51,695 nt of DNA from Pseudomonadota bacterium. GTDB taxonomy: Bacteria; UBA10199; 2-02-FULL-44-16; JBDRGF01. This document shows, one piece after another, positions 41,923-51,065 of the stretch. A program made the translations under genes and the position numbers. The stretch's first letter is position 1. Each line of letters starts with the position of its first letter. Below the pieces are notes generated by a model, which was given only the letters and a program-made list of their open reading frames with translations, made no database searches and was not told the DNA's origin. The stretch covers positions 1 to 51,695 of the forward strand of contig JBDRGF010000099.1 of the NCBI GenBank assembly GCA_043818055.1. The letters run 5' to 3'.

Positions 41923-42111
41923 ATGAAGATAAACAATGCCACAAACATCAGAATTCCGAAAAGTGCTGGAGAGATCAAGATGTTAGCTAAAAAACGGAAG
42001 GCAACAGGAAATAATAAGCCATCATCACGAACATCAACAACAGAAGATAGCTTTCAAATGGTTAACAGAATAAGATTGGGAAGCTGTAATTCAAGAGATT
42101 ATCAAATGTAG
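41923..42111 (+). CDS. 62-aa peptide, candidate RiPP precursor
   Basis: Strong GGAGG RBS, fills the gap between two modifying enzymes, C-terminus RLGSCNSRDYQM. Confidence 0.6.
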   Translation: MKINNATNIRIPKSAGEIKMLAKKRKATGNNKPSSRTSTTEDSFQMVNRIRLGSCNSRDYQM

Positions 42112-42182
42112 GCGTATTTGCGCATTGATTTGGATTATATTGTATATAAGCTGCTATTTGCAGATAGCGGCGAGGGAGCGTC

Positions 42183-42950
42183 ATGAAATTGTTTTCTAAG
42201 ATTCTTCCGTATTATCCTACTTCTTCACCGTCCCACGGACAAGCCGTAGAATATATTTTTCAATCTTTGACTCAAAAATTTGGAGCGATGAAGTTTAATC
42301 TGCTGGATATTGGGGCAGGCATTGGTATTCAGGCAGAGAAATTTGCAAAAAAAGGCTGCGATGTTACCTGTATTGATAATTCACCGGAGATGGTAGCATT
42401 GTTTAAAAAACGATTTTCATCCCAACCGGCTTTCAATTTAAGAAATAATGTAAGGATCTTTGAAGATGATTGGCTAAATTCATCTGAAAAACAACAATGG
42501 AAAACACAAAAATATTACCATGGTGTATATGCTTTAGGCAACACGATAGGCTATTCTGGCTCAAAAGAGGATCTACGCAGAACATTCGACATGGCATATA
42601 ATTTATTGGTTGCAGGCGGTGTGTTTGGTTTCGATCAGATTGTCTTTCCAACGTCTTCTCACCTTGTTTGGTCGGATATCTATAAGACCGATGTGGATGG
42701 ACTTTCATTTCAACGTGCGGTTATGTACTCAATAGATGAAAATACCGGGATTGCGGAAGTCACATTAAATGTGAAGTGGTTAAGAAGTGGCAGGGAAGAG
42801 ATTGAAACAGAAACCTATCATAAATATGTTTTTTCACATGACGTTGTTTTGGAGTTTGCAAAACAGGCAGGATTTAGTCTTATTGATAAAATTGATTTGT
42901 TTGGATCACGTTATTCAAGAGATTCATTTATGTGGTTGCTGAAGAAATAA
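42183..42950 (+). CDS. Class I SAM-dependent methyltransferase
   Basis: LLDIGAGIG, IDNSPEMV, GNTIGY, LVAGGVFGFD. Confidence 0.9.
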   Translation: MKLFSKILPYYPTSSPSHGQAVEYIFQSLTQKFGAMKFNLLDIGAGIGIQAEKFAKKGCDVTCIDNSPEMVALFKKRFSSQPAFNLRNNVRIFEDDWLNSSEKQQWKTQKYYHGVYALGNTIGYSGSKEDLRRTFDMAYNLLVAGGVFGFDQIVFPTSSHLVWSDIYKTDVDGLSFQRAVMYSIDENTGIAEVTLNVKWLRSGREEIETETYHKYVFSHDVVLEFAKQAGFSLIDKIDLFGSRYSRDSFMWLLKK

Positions 42951-42975
42951 AAAAAACATAAGTTTTTTATCTGTT

Positions 42976-44523
42976 ATGGTTAAAAATTTTTTATTATTTT
43001 TTTTGACAGTGTTATTTGTCGCTGGCACAGCGCATGGTGATGACACCAATGTTTATTATAGTGCGTTAACAGCAGAGCCGACATCGCTGGACCCTAAAGA
43101 GATAAGAAATCATCCTACTGGAATGATAGGAAATCAGATCCATGAGGGTTTATTCTCATATGATGAGAATATGAATATTATACCAGCGGTAGCCAACACC
43201 TGGAAGGTGTCGAAGGATGGGAAAAATATTAATATTCAAATCCGAAGAGGAGCGAAATTTCATAATGGACAAGAGGTTAATTCTTTTGATGTAATCTATT
43301 CAATATCTCGTTTAGTCAAAACTGAAGGGTTAAATCATTACTTGTATAAGGAGTTGATGAATATCGATGGCGCTAAAGAATACAAAAAAGGCAATTCGAA
43401 AGCAATAAAGGGAATTGTTTTGATTGATAATTATTCCTTGCAAATTAATCTGCTAAAATCTCATCCGTATTTTTATAAAATATTAGCTGCACCAAACAGC
43501 GCTATTATTCCTGCAAATTTCGTTGAAAGATATCCAAGAGAAATTGACAACAAACCCGTTGGCGTTGGTCCGTTTAAAATACAAGAGTGGAGTAAGTGCG
43601 ATAAAATTGTTTTAGTGAGACATGATGAATATTATAGATCAAAACCCAACATCGATAAATTAGTGTTTTATTTTATGAAGCCAGACAAATTGATACAAGC
43701 ATTTGAAGATGGTAAAATCTATGATACCGCCAGCCTTAGCCTGTTTGAGGATTTTGATGTTAAGCTCCCAGAAGAACAGACATATCAAATAAAATTGCCG
43801 TTGGTTTATTTTCTTGCTTTCAATTCCAAAATCAAGCCGTTCAATAATAAATGTCTCAGGAAAGCTTTATACTTCTCGCTAAACAAAAAAATGCTTATGG
43901 AAAAAGTTTTTTTAAATCAACTTCCAGCTACATCAACAATTCCCTACGGGATTGGAGGCTATGAATTAGACAATGACGATTTAAAATATTCTCCGACTGT
44001 TGCGGAAGAAATGCTACGATGTGCAAAAGCATCGGGTTTTAATTTAAAACAAAAGCTTATCCTATACGGCAGGGAAACAATGCCGAATAAGGAAATGTTC
44101 AAAAAAGTTATTGAAGGCGATTATCGTAAGGTGGGGTTGAACGTTGAAGTGGCATTTCTGTCATCAGACTTGTTCTACAAAAAATTCTATAATGAAGAGT
44201 TGGGATTTTTTTATGCAGGGCATAACGCCAGCGTAAATGACGCGCTGTTCATATTGGGATGGTATGAAAGCGATCATCCATCTAATCTCACTGGCATGTC
44301 CAACAAACAATTTGACCTGTTGATGGAAATGGCCAGATCAGAGAAAGATGAATATGTTCGTTCTAAAATTTATTCTAATGCTGCAAAAATCATCAATGAT
44401 GAATATTTGCAAATCAATTTATTTAATCGTGTTTACAAGGGATATGTTAATCCTAAAGTAAAAAATTTTGAAATTTCTGAAATTGGTCCTTATGTTAGAT
44501 ATAACAAAATCATACTCGAATGA
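42976..44523 (+). CDS. Family 5 (DppA/OppA-like) solute-binding protein, stand-alone
   Basis: Signal peptide; EPTSLDP, IHEGL, PAVA..W, FHNG, GVGPF. No permease or ABC ATPase genes adjacent. Confidence 0.9.
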   Translation: MVKNFLLFFLTVLFVAGTAHGDDTNVYYSALTAEPTSLDPKEIRNHPTGMIGNQIHEGLFSYDENMNIIPAVANTWKVSKDGKNINIQIRRGAKFHNGQEVNSFDVIYSISRLVKTEGLNHYLYKELMNIDGAKEYKKGNSKAIKGIVLIDNYSLQINLLKSHPYFYKILAAPNSAIIPANFVERYPREIDNKPVGVGPFKIQEWSKCDKIVLVRHDEYYRSKPNIDKLVFYFMKPDKLIQAFEDGKIYDTASLSLFEDFDVKLPEEQTYQIKLPLVYFLAFNSKIKPFNNKCLRKALYFSLNKKMLMEKVFLNQLPATSTIPYGIGGYELDNDDLKYSPTVAEEMLRCAKASGFNLKQKLILYGRETMPNKEMFKKVIEGDYRKVGLNVEVAFLSSDLFYKKFYNEELGFFYAGHNASVNDALFILGWYESDHPSNLTGMSNKQFDLLMEMARSEKDEYVRSKIYSNAAKIINDEYLQINLFNRVYKGYVNPKVKNFEISEIGPYVRYNKIILE

Positions 44524-44529
44524 ACAAAT

Positions 44530-46377
44530 ATGAATATAAAGATTAAGCAAGCCTTGATAATTTCTTCAACTATTGTAATTGTTGTAATATGGATGTTAGC
44601 AGCAATCATTATTTTTTATTATTCCAAGAACATATTAAGGCAGGAATATGAAAAACAAAACATTGAAAAAATGCGCAACATAATCCTGATTATTACAAAT
44701 GATCTTATGACAGGTAATTATCTAAAAGTTAGAAACCAGTTAAAGCAGTTTGCAAATAATACCGACGCGACTGTTCTGACAGTGTATGATGATAATAGAG
44801 AAATAATAGAATCTGTCTCTGAGAAAGATTATCCTAAAGACATCGAGCATAATGTATTAGATCATTTTTCGAGCATTCTTTCTAAAAAAACATTCACTAC
44901 ATCCCATTCTGAGTATTCACTTTTTCATAAAAACAAGGAGCTTTTTGTCTGTATGGTGCCGATTTTTTTTAGAGATGATAAAAATGAGCCGTTTGGCTTT
45001 CTCGTAGGCGCTTTTAGTGTATCAGTCTTGCATAAATATCTTAAAAATTTATCAATCTTTCTATGTGTTCTGGCGATGTTGATGTTGGTTTTACAAGTGT
45101 TGGTTTCAACCAAAATTGCAAATAATATTTCAAATTCATTGCTCAGCCTTATGAGATCGGTTAAAAAATATTCCATGAACAAGGGGATACCTGAGATCAG
45201 AATCAAAAGCAGCATCTTTGAATTTAATAAACTGGCATGCGATTACAATCTGATGGCTCATAAAGTTATGGAGGCTCAAAAATCCGTTGAAAAAATGTCT
45301 AAGCTCGCCGCCATCGGTCAGATATCATCACAAGTAGCGCACGACATGCGATCGCCAGTGACGGTGATAAGGGGATATCTTGAAGGCGGGAGCAATTCCT
45401 CACTGAGAGAACCTGCGATAAAGAGCGTGGAGAAGCTCAACCGCATGGCAGATGAGCTGCTAGATTACTCGAAGGCATCGAAGATCGAGCCGGCTAAAAC
45501 ACCTTTCAAAGGTCTAATTGAAACTACAGTAAATTCAGAGGTGCAAAATCTCGCAGAAAAGAAAAATGTTAAACTCATCTATAATATAGAAAAGGATATA
45601 ACAGCTACTGTTGACGCTTATCGCATGGGACGCGTTTTAATAAACCTCATCACGAACGCGGTTCAGGCGGTCAAAGAGGATACCGGTGAGGTGAGAATCG
45701 CAGCCAGGGTAGAAAAAGATGCCCTTAAAATCACGGTTTCAGACAATGGCAGAGGGATTTCAAAAGAGGATTTGGCTAAAATATTCGACAGCTTTTTCAC
45801 GAAAGGAAAATCAGGCGGGACAGGGCTTGGGCTTTCATACTGCAAGAACGTCATCGAAGCGCACGGAGGAGCGATAGCAGTGAATAGCGAACCAGGAAAA
45901 GGTGCAGAGTTTGTTATTACAATTCCGTCCTGTATTTCAACACCACATACCACATGCTACATGCCACATGCTGTCCCTAGCCATCAGGCATCAGCGGTCA
46001 GCTGTCAGCCGACAAAAGGCGAGTTGGGCTCGAATGAAGACATCCTCGTCGTCGATGACGATGAAGAGATGGTGTTGCTGTGGAACGATATAATAGTAAA
46101 AAAATACAGAAGGCCTGCGATCACAGCATACAGCCCTGAAGAGGTGATGAGATTGCAGCTGGATTACGACAAGATATCGAAAGCGATAATCGATTATCAA
46201 TTTGATGGGAGCACACTCTCTGGTCTCGATGTCGTAAAGTTTTTAAGGGAAAAGGGTGTGAAGGTGATTCACATGTGCACGGGTATGTATAATGATAAAG
46301 AGCTTCAGGCTGAGGCTAAAAAGTTGGGGGTTGCATCAATAATACCAAAGCCGTTTGCTTTGGACATAAATATTTAA
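44530..46377 (+). CDS. Membrane hybrid sensor histidine kinase (2 TM, HAMP-like, HisKA, HATPase, REC)
   Basis: VAHDMRSP, NLITNAVQA, DNGRGI, GTGLGL; REC motifs ILVVDDD, IIDY, PKP. Confidence 0.93.
   Translation: MNIKIKQALIISSTIVIVVIWMLAAIIIFYYSKNILRQEYEKQNIEKMRNIILIITNDLMTGNYLKVRNQLKQFANNTDATVLTVYDDNREIIESVSEKDYPKDIEHNVLDHFSSILSKKTFTTSHSEYSLFHKNKELFVCMVPIFFRDDKNEPFGFLVGAFSVSVLHKYLKNLSIFLCVLAMLMLVLQVLVSTKIANNISNSLLSLMRSVKKYSMNKGIPEIRIKSSIFEFNKLACDYNLMAHKVMEAQKSVEKMSKLAAIGQISSQVAHDMRSPVTVIRGYLEGGSNSSLREPAIKSVEKLNRMADELLDYSKASKIEPAKTPFKGLIETTVNSEVQNLAEKKNVKLIYNIEKDITATVDAYRMGRVLINLITNAVQAVKEDTGEVRIAARVEKDALKITVSDNGRGISKEDLAKIFDSFFTKGKSGGTGLGLSYCKNVIEAHGGAIAVNSEPGKGAEFVITIPSCISTPHTTCYMPHAVPSHQASAVSCQPTKGELGSNEDILVVDDDEEMVLLWNDIIVKKYRRPAITAYSPEEVMRLQLDYDKISKAIIDYQFDGSTLSGLDVVKFLREKGVKVIHMCTGMYNDKELQAEAKKLGVASIIPKPFALDINI
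45943..46010 (+). repeat. Two adjacent heptamer tandem arrays in the kinase linker
   Basis: (C[CT]ACAT[AG])x4 at 45943-45970, then AGCCATC AGGCATC AGCGGTC AGCTGTC at 45979-46006. Confidence 0.75.
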
Positions 46378-46391
46378 TGGAGGGTGTTGAA

Positions 46392-47771
46392 ATGAACAAT
46401 GATTATACAATATTATGTGTGGATGATGATGAGAACTTTTTAGCATATATAAGGGATAGGCTTTCCGATTATAACGTTATTACTACAACATCACTAAAGC
46501 ATGCCCTCTCCTTGTTGAATACGGAAGATATAGACACTCTGCTTCTCGATATAGATTTGAAGGGAGAATCAGGGCTGGACGGCTTAAGGGATATCAAGGA
46601 GATGGACGCGTCGGTCGATATCGTCATGGTCACAGGACATCGCGACCCAAAGTTTGTTGTCCAGGCGATTAAGGCGGGGGCATCGGATTATATATGCAAG
46701 CCGATAAACAGCGACGATCTTTTAGTCTGCATAGAGAAGTCAAAAAAAATCAGGCTCGACAAGAAGAAGATAGACGCCCTGATGAGCGAACTCAATAACG
46801 TAGATATTTCGTCAAGGATAGTTGGAAGAAGTAAAGCGTTTTGTAACTTGATAAAAACGGCAGACAAGGTCAAAGGACACCTTAGCGCGAACGTGTTGAT
46901 CGAGGGAGAGAGCGGCACTGGCAAAGAGCTGTTGGCGCGATACATTCATCGTCTGGAGGGCGATCGGCCGAACAGGCCTCTGATCGTAGTGAATTGTGCA
47001 GCTATTCCTGAAAATCTGATTGAATCGGAGCTGTTTGGGCATGAGAAGGGGGCATTCACCGGCGCGACTAAGAATAAACTTGGAAAATTTGCCCTTGCAG
47101 ATGGAGGAGACATCTTTCTCGACGAGGTAAGCACATTGAAGATCGAGACACAGGCAAAGCTGTTGAGGATAATTCAGGAGGGGGAGTTCTGTCCTTTGGG
47201 AAGTAATGTTTCAGTGAAATCAACTTTCAGGGTTATAGCCGCCTCCAATGATGATCTTGAAAAGATGGTAGCTCAGGGAAGGTTCCGTCTTGATTTATAT
47301 CATCGTCTGAAAATCATAACGCTTACTACACCGTCGCTCAGGGATAGAAAAGAGGATATAGAGGATCTCGTGTTGCATTTTCTAAAGAAATACAGTGAGA
47401 AGGGAAAAGAAAAACAGATCACGAAATCCGCAATTGAGAAACTGGAAAGACATGATTGGCCGGGGAATATCAGAGAGCTTGAAAATGTGATTCACAGCGC
47501 AGCCATTTTTTCAGAGAAGGAGATCATCGATGAAAGCAACATCACGATTCCGACCTGCAAATCTGTAAAATATAACGGTGGAATTATGAATCTTTCTCCA
47601 TCAGTTACAGGGAACATCATACCGCTGAAGAAATTTGTTTCGAAGGTGGAGAGGGAATACATAAAAGAGTCTATTGATCTTATGAACGGTTCAAAGGAAG
47701 AAACGGCAAAGCATCTTGGCATCGGCAGGACGACGCTCTTTGCAAAGTTGAAGAAGACAACAAAGAAGTGA
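46392..47771 (+). CDS. NtrC-family sigma54-dependent response regulator
   Basis: REC domain (VDDD, LLDI, KP), GESGTGKEL, GAFTGA, FLDEV, WPGNIREL, Fis-type HTH. Confidence 0.95.
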   Translation: MNNDYTILCVDDDENFLAYIRDRLSDYNVITTTSLKHALSLLNTEDIDTLLLDIDLKGESGLDGLRDIKEMDASVDIVMVTGHRDPKFVVQAIKAGASDYICKPINSDDLLVCIEKSKKIRLDKKKIDALMSELNNVDISSRIVGRSKAFCNLIKTADKVKGHLSANVLIEGESGTGKELLARYIHRLEGDRPNRPLIVVNCAAIPENLIESELFGHEKGAFTGATKNKLGKFALADGGDIFLDEVSTLKIETQAKLLRIIQEGEFCPLGSNVSVKSTFRVIAASNDDLEKMVAQGRFRLDLYHRLKIITLTTPSLRDRKEDIEDLVLHFLKKYSEKGKEKQITKSAIEKLERHDWPGNIRELENVIHSAAIFSEKEIIDESNITIPTCKSVKYNGGIMNLSPSVTGNIIPLKKFVSKVEREYIKESIDLMNGSKEETAKHLGIGRTTLFAKLKKTTKK

Positions 47772-47784
47772 CTCACAATTAAAA

Positions 47785-50700
47785 TTATTCCATCATCGGC
47801 ATATCGACGATGATGGGTGGAGGGGTGTTGGGATGTTCGAGAAGCGAGTTTTGAATGATCTTCTGGGTGTCCAAGTAGCTGATGCCGCCGACGTATGGAC
47901 GACCGGGGAGAGTGAAGTCGGATGTATTGTAAGAAAGAGGAATGTGCTTGATGCCCCATGTTTCTTCGGTGCAAACATTTTTACCTAATTTCGTTTCCCA
48001 CTTTGAACATCTAAAAGAATCTGCAACTATCATCCATTCATCTTTGCATTGGAAGATGTATTTATCCTCCATATACAATGGTTTACAGCTTATATCGATA
48101 TATACAGGGGTAAAATTGTCCGGTGATGCCGCATTAGAAAATGCCCAGTTCTCGATAAGCTTAAACTCGTTGCCGGATTCTAAAATTCCAATCACATGCC
48201 CTGCCAACCAATAACTCGGTATCATTAACATTTGTTCGTTTCCTGAAAACTTCGGTCTTATTGGGTAGTTACATCTTTCAGCACCAAGCTTATTGTTGCA
48301 ATAATCGATATCATCCTCGTAGCCCGAAGCTATGCGGCCTGCTCCAGCCCCCCAAACTTGTAACTTTCCTGCATCAGGTAGAGTATCTGACGTCTTAATA
48401 TAAAACGCTTCAATATCTTTGCTATGTTTTTCTGCGGGGTAGCTCTGAGAACTCACATATGCCTGATATGCCCAGCCTGGAGCTGCTTTCAGTTGATCAT
48501 CCGTGAGATATTTTGCCTCGATATCCCATGTGCCATCGGGGCCGCTTGGCCCTCCAAGATCGACTCTCCAATAACCATCTGAACATATTATTGATATATC
48601 TGCCCATCCGTCGTTGTCTGTTCTCAAAGCCCCTACACTTGCCAAATCACTCACCGCAGGCCTTGAATATTTGCTCTTCCATGGGTCGATGTTCAGTTCG
48701 TCCTTCCAGTCGTATTGTAGCTGTCTGTCCCATGTTGCTATGCTATTCTCTGTGCCGTTTATGTAATCGACGTTCATATATTCGATGTACCACCTGCCGT
48801 GCTCTTTATCATAGAGCATTAGGTCGGATCTTTTATCTGCGTCTATGTCCTTTACGTATGGCAAGACCCATTTTGTGTTGATATCGTTGTAGCTGATAGT
48901 TAAATCCCATGAACCATATTTTTCCGGGAACTTGTCGCAATAGCCGTCGGTCTGTTTTATTCCCTTGAGATCGGAGCACCATCCTGAGTCTGCACCTTGC
49001 GAACTGAGGTCTATCTTAAACTCCCCGCGCTTCCAGGTCACAAGATCCATCAAACCGTCGCCGTCGATATCCATATCGACACTCATCTGAATAGCTCGTG
49101 GCCAGAGGAGATCGTCTGAGCAAAGAGGGTCGCTTGAACTGCCATCTGGGTCGTACTTGATACAGGTTAATCCAACGCCATCGGTACGCATTGAGATGAT
49201 ATCCTGTTTCGTCATGCGATCTATATTGGGATATTTTTGTTTCAACGCCGGGTATTTTGAAGAAATAGTCTGCCAGTAGTCATCGACAGCTTTTAATAGT
49301 TTATCCATCCTCGGCTGGACACCGATGTTTTTCCCTGTTGTGTCTTTCTGAGCATCCCCGCTCTGTCTTACGAGCTCTCTCATCTTCTTAGGCATGATGT
49401 ATCTCATGCGATTGTTGCCGGCTAATTGCATAAACCTGCTTTGAGCTAGTGTTATAGCTCCACCCACGATAGCAGTTGCGGAGGATGTGCCGTTAAATCT
49501 GTTTGTATAAAACCTGTTTTTATCATTCACAGGGCCTTGGGATGGCGGGCCGTTTGGTCCGCTCCAATAGAACGGGCTTGTTGTAGCATCGCCTGCGGGA
49601 TAGGATGTTGTGACAACACCTTTACCCCATGAATATGCATCGAGCCTTGGGCTGTAATTACTAAAAGCAGCCTTTTGCATATTAGCACCCTCGCTTGCAC
49701 CGACCATGATTGCTCCGCTGTCCTGTGTTGTTGGATTAACCCAGACGCTCCATTTGCCTGTGTATTGCGATGGATCACCGATATCTAAACTGGAATTCCC
49801 TGCACCTTCAACGACTGTGATGCCGATCGCTGCAAGGGTCTGGTAGTATTTCATCTCGTCGGGAACGACTTCACATGGAAGTTGCCCTTTGCCAAAACAG
49901 GGGTCATCGGGTCCACCGGTCGTTTTTTCACAACCATCTTTGCCTGTGACTGCAGATTCGATAACGACAACACCACCGTAATATAAATTTCTCTCGTCTG
50001 TGAGTCCTGCCAGCAACTTTGCGTCGGGCGCGATTCCCTTCACTCCGAAATTACCAGTTCCGTTGTTGTGTGATGCGTTCAAGATGCCTGCGACTGCCGT
50101 TCCATGTGCAAATGCAAAATCGAGCGGGACTCCTGTCATAATAAAGGGTTGCTTGTCTGGAGGCAGGTGTGCTGCAAGGGATGACACGCTGTTAACGAGT
50201 GAGCCTTTAGGATTATCCTTTTCATTATAAACAGTGTAATCCAATTGCAAATCCTCATGGTCGAAATTAAATGCGCTGTCTTCATCATACACATGCACGC
50301 CTTTTCCTGTAATTCCTTGATTCCATGCATATACGGCATCAATTCCACCGTTTGCTGTAAGATATCCCTGCTGGGATGAAAGATCGGGTGTAGTTGTGGC
50401 TGTCAGTACCTTTTGAAGATGTGGATAGATATATTCAACGCCGTAAAGCGTTTTCAGCTTATCATATAAAATCAGCGCTTCTTTAGGTTCCGCCTTGAAA
50501 TAATAAATTGAATTGAGATCGGGTAGTTCCTCGGAGTTCAGCTCTTCAAGATCGCGTTTGAAAGTGTCGTATTCATCCTGTCCCATGTTGGGATATCTTC
50601 TCACTTCAATTTGATGTTCTTCGAGAATTTTATTCAGATCATCAGCTAAACTTTGATAATAGGAATTCCGCACTTCGAATTGGGGTTGTGTTTCTGGTGT

Positions 50701-50985
50701 CGTAGGGGTCGACCCTGAAAACGGGCTGACACGCGGGTCAGCCCCTACAATCCTCACCACCAAATCATCCCGAAAATGCACGACAAGCTCGCCCAAGTAT
50801 CTATCGGACATGATCATATCTTCTGGTGTGATTTCTTTGGTGATGGAATCTGTGGGAGTATCGTAAAGGGAGTCGTTACTTTTTCCACCACAGACTGTTA
50901 GAAGCAGTATCAAGCATAAAAACAAAAAGGCAGGTTTTGAGCCCGCCTTTGTATTCAAACGATATTTAGAGGCACTACCCCTCAT
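47785..50985 (-). CDS. S8 (subtilisin-like) serine protease lipoprotein with FG-GAP-like C-terminal repeats
   Basis: Lipobox LTVC; catalytic motifs VYDED, HGTAVAG, GAGN, GTSSA; repeats DIDGDGLMDL, DIDADKRSDL, DNDGWADI. Confidence 0.9.
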   Translation of the reverse strand: MRGSASKYRLNTKAGSKPAFLFLCLILLLTVCGGKSNDSLYDTPTDSITKEITPEDMIMSDRYLGELVVHFRDDLVVRIVGADPRVSPFSGSTPTTPETQPQFEVRNSYYQSLADDLNKILEEHQIEVRRYPNMGQDEYDTFKRDLEELNSEELPDLNSIYYFKAEPKEALILYDKLKTLYGVEYIYPHLQKVLTATTTPDLSSQQGYLTANGGIDAVYAWNQGITGKGVHVYDEDSAFNFDHEDLQLDYTVYNEKDNPKGSLVNSVSSLAAHLPPDKQPFIMTGVPLDFAFAHGTAVAGILNASHNNGTGNFGVKGIAPDAKLLAGLTDERNLYYGGVVVIESAVTGKDGCEKTTGGPDDPCFGKGQLPCEVVPDEMKYYQTLAAIGITVVEGAGNSSLDIGDPSQYTGKWSVWVNPTTQDSGAIMVGASEGANMQKAAFSNYSPRLDAYSWGKGVVTTSYPAGDATTSPFYWSGPNGPPSQGPVNDKNRFYTNRFNGTSSATAIVGGAITLAQSRFMQLAGNNRMRYIMPKKMRELVRQSGDAQKDTTGKNIGVQPRMDKLLKAVDDYWQTISSKYPALKQKYPNIDRMTKQDIISMRTDGVGLTCIKYDPDGSSSDPLCSDDLLWPRAIQMSVDMDIDGDGLMDLVTWKRGEFKIDLSSQGADSGWCSDLKGIKQTDGYCDKFPEKYGSWDLTISYNDINTKWVLPYVKDIDADKRSDLMLYDKEHGRWYIEYMNVDYINGTENSIATWDRQLQYDWKDELNIDPWKSKYSRPAVSDLASVGALRTDNDGWADISIICSDGYWRVDLGGPSGPDGTWDIEAKYLTDDQLKAAPGWAYQAYVSSQSYPAEKHSKDIEAFYIKTSDTLPDAGKLQVWGAGAGRIASGYEDDIDYCNNKLGAERCNYPIRPKFSGNEQMLMIPSYWLAGHVIGILESGNEFKLIENWAFSNAASPDNFTPVYIDISCKPLYMEDKYIFQCKDEWMIVADSFRCSKWETKLGKNVCTEETWGIKHIPLSYNTSDFTLPGRPYVGGISYLDTQKIIQNSLLEHPNTPPPIIVDMPMME

Positions 50986-51065
50986 CGACAGCCTCCCGAT
51001 TTAAGGACAAGGCTAGCACTCCGAGTTTTTAAGTCAATTTCTATCTTTAGGGATTTGACCATATT

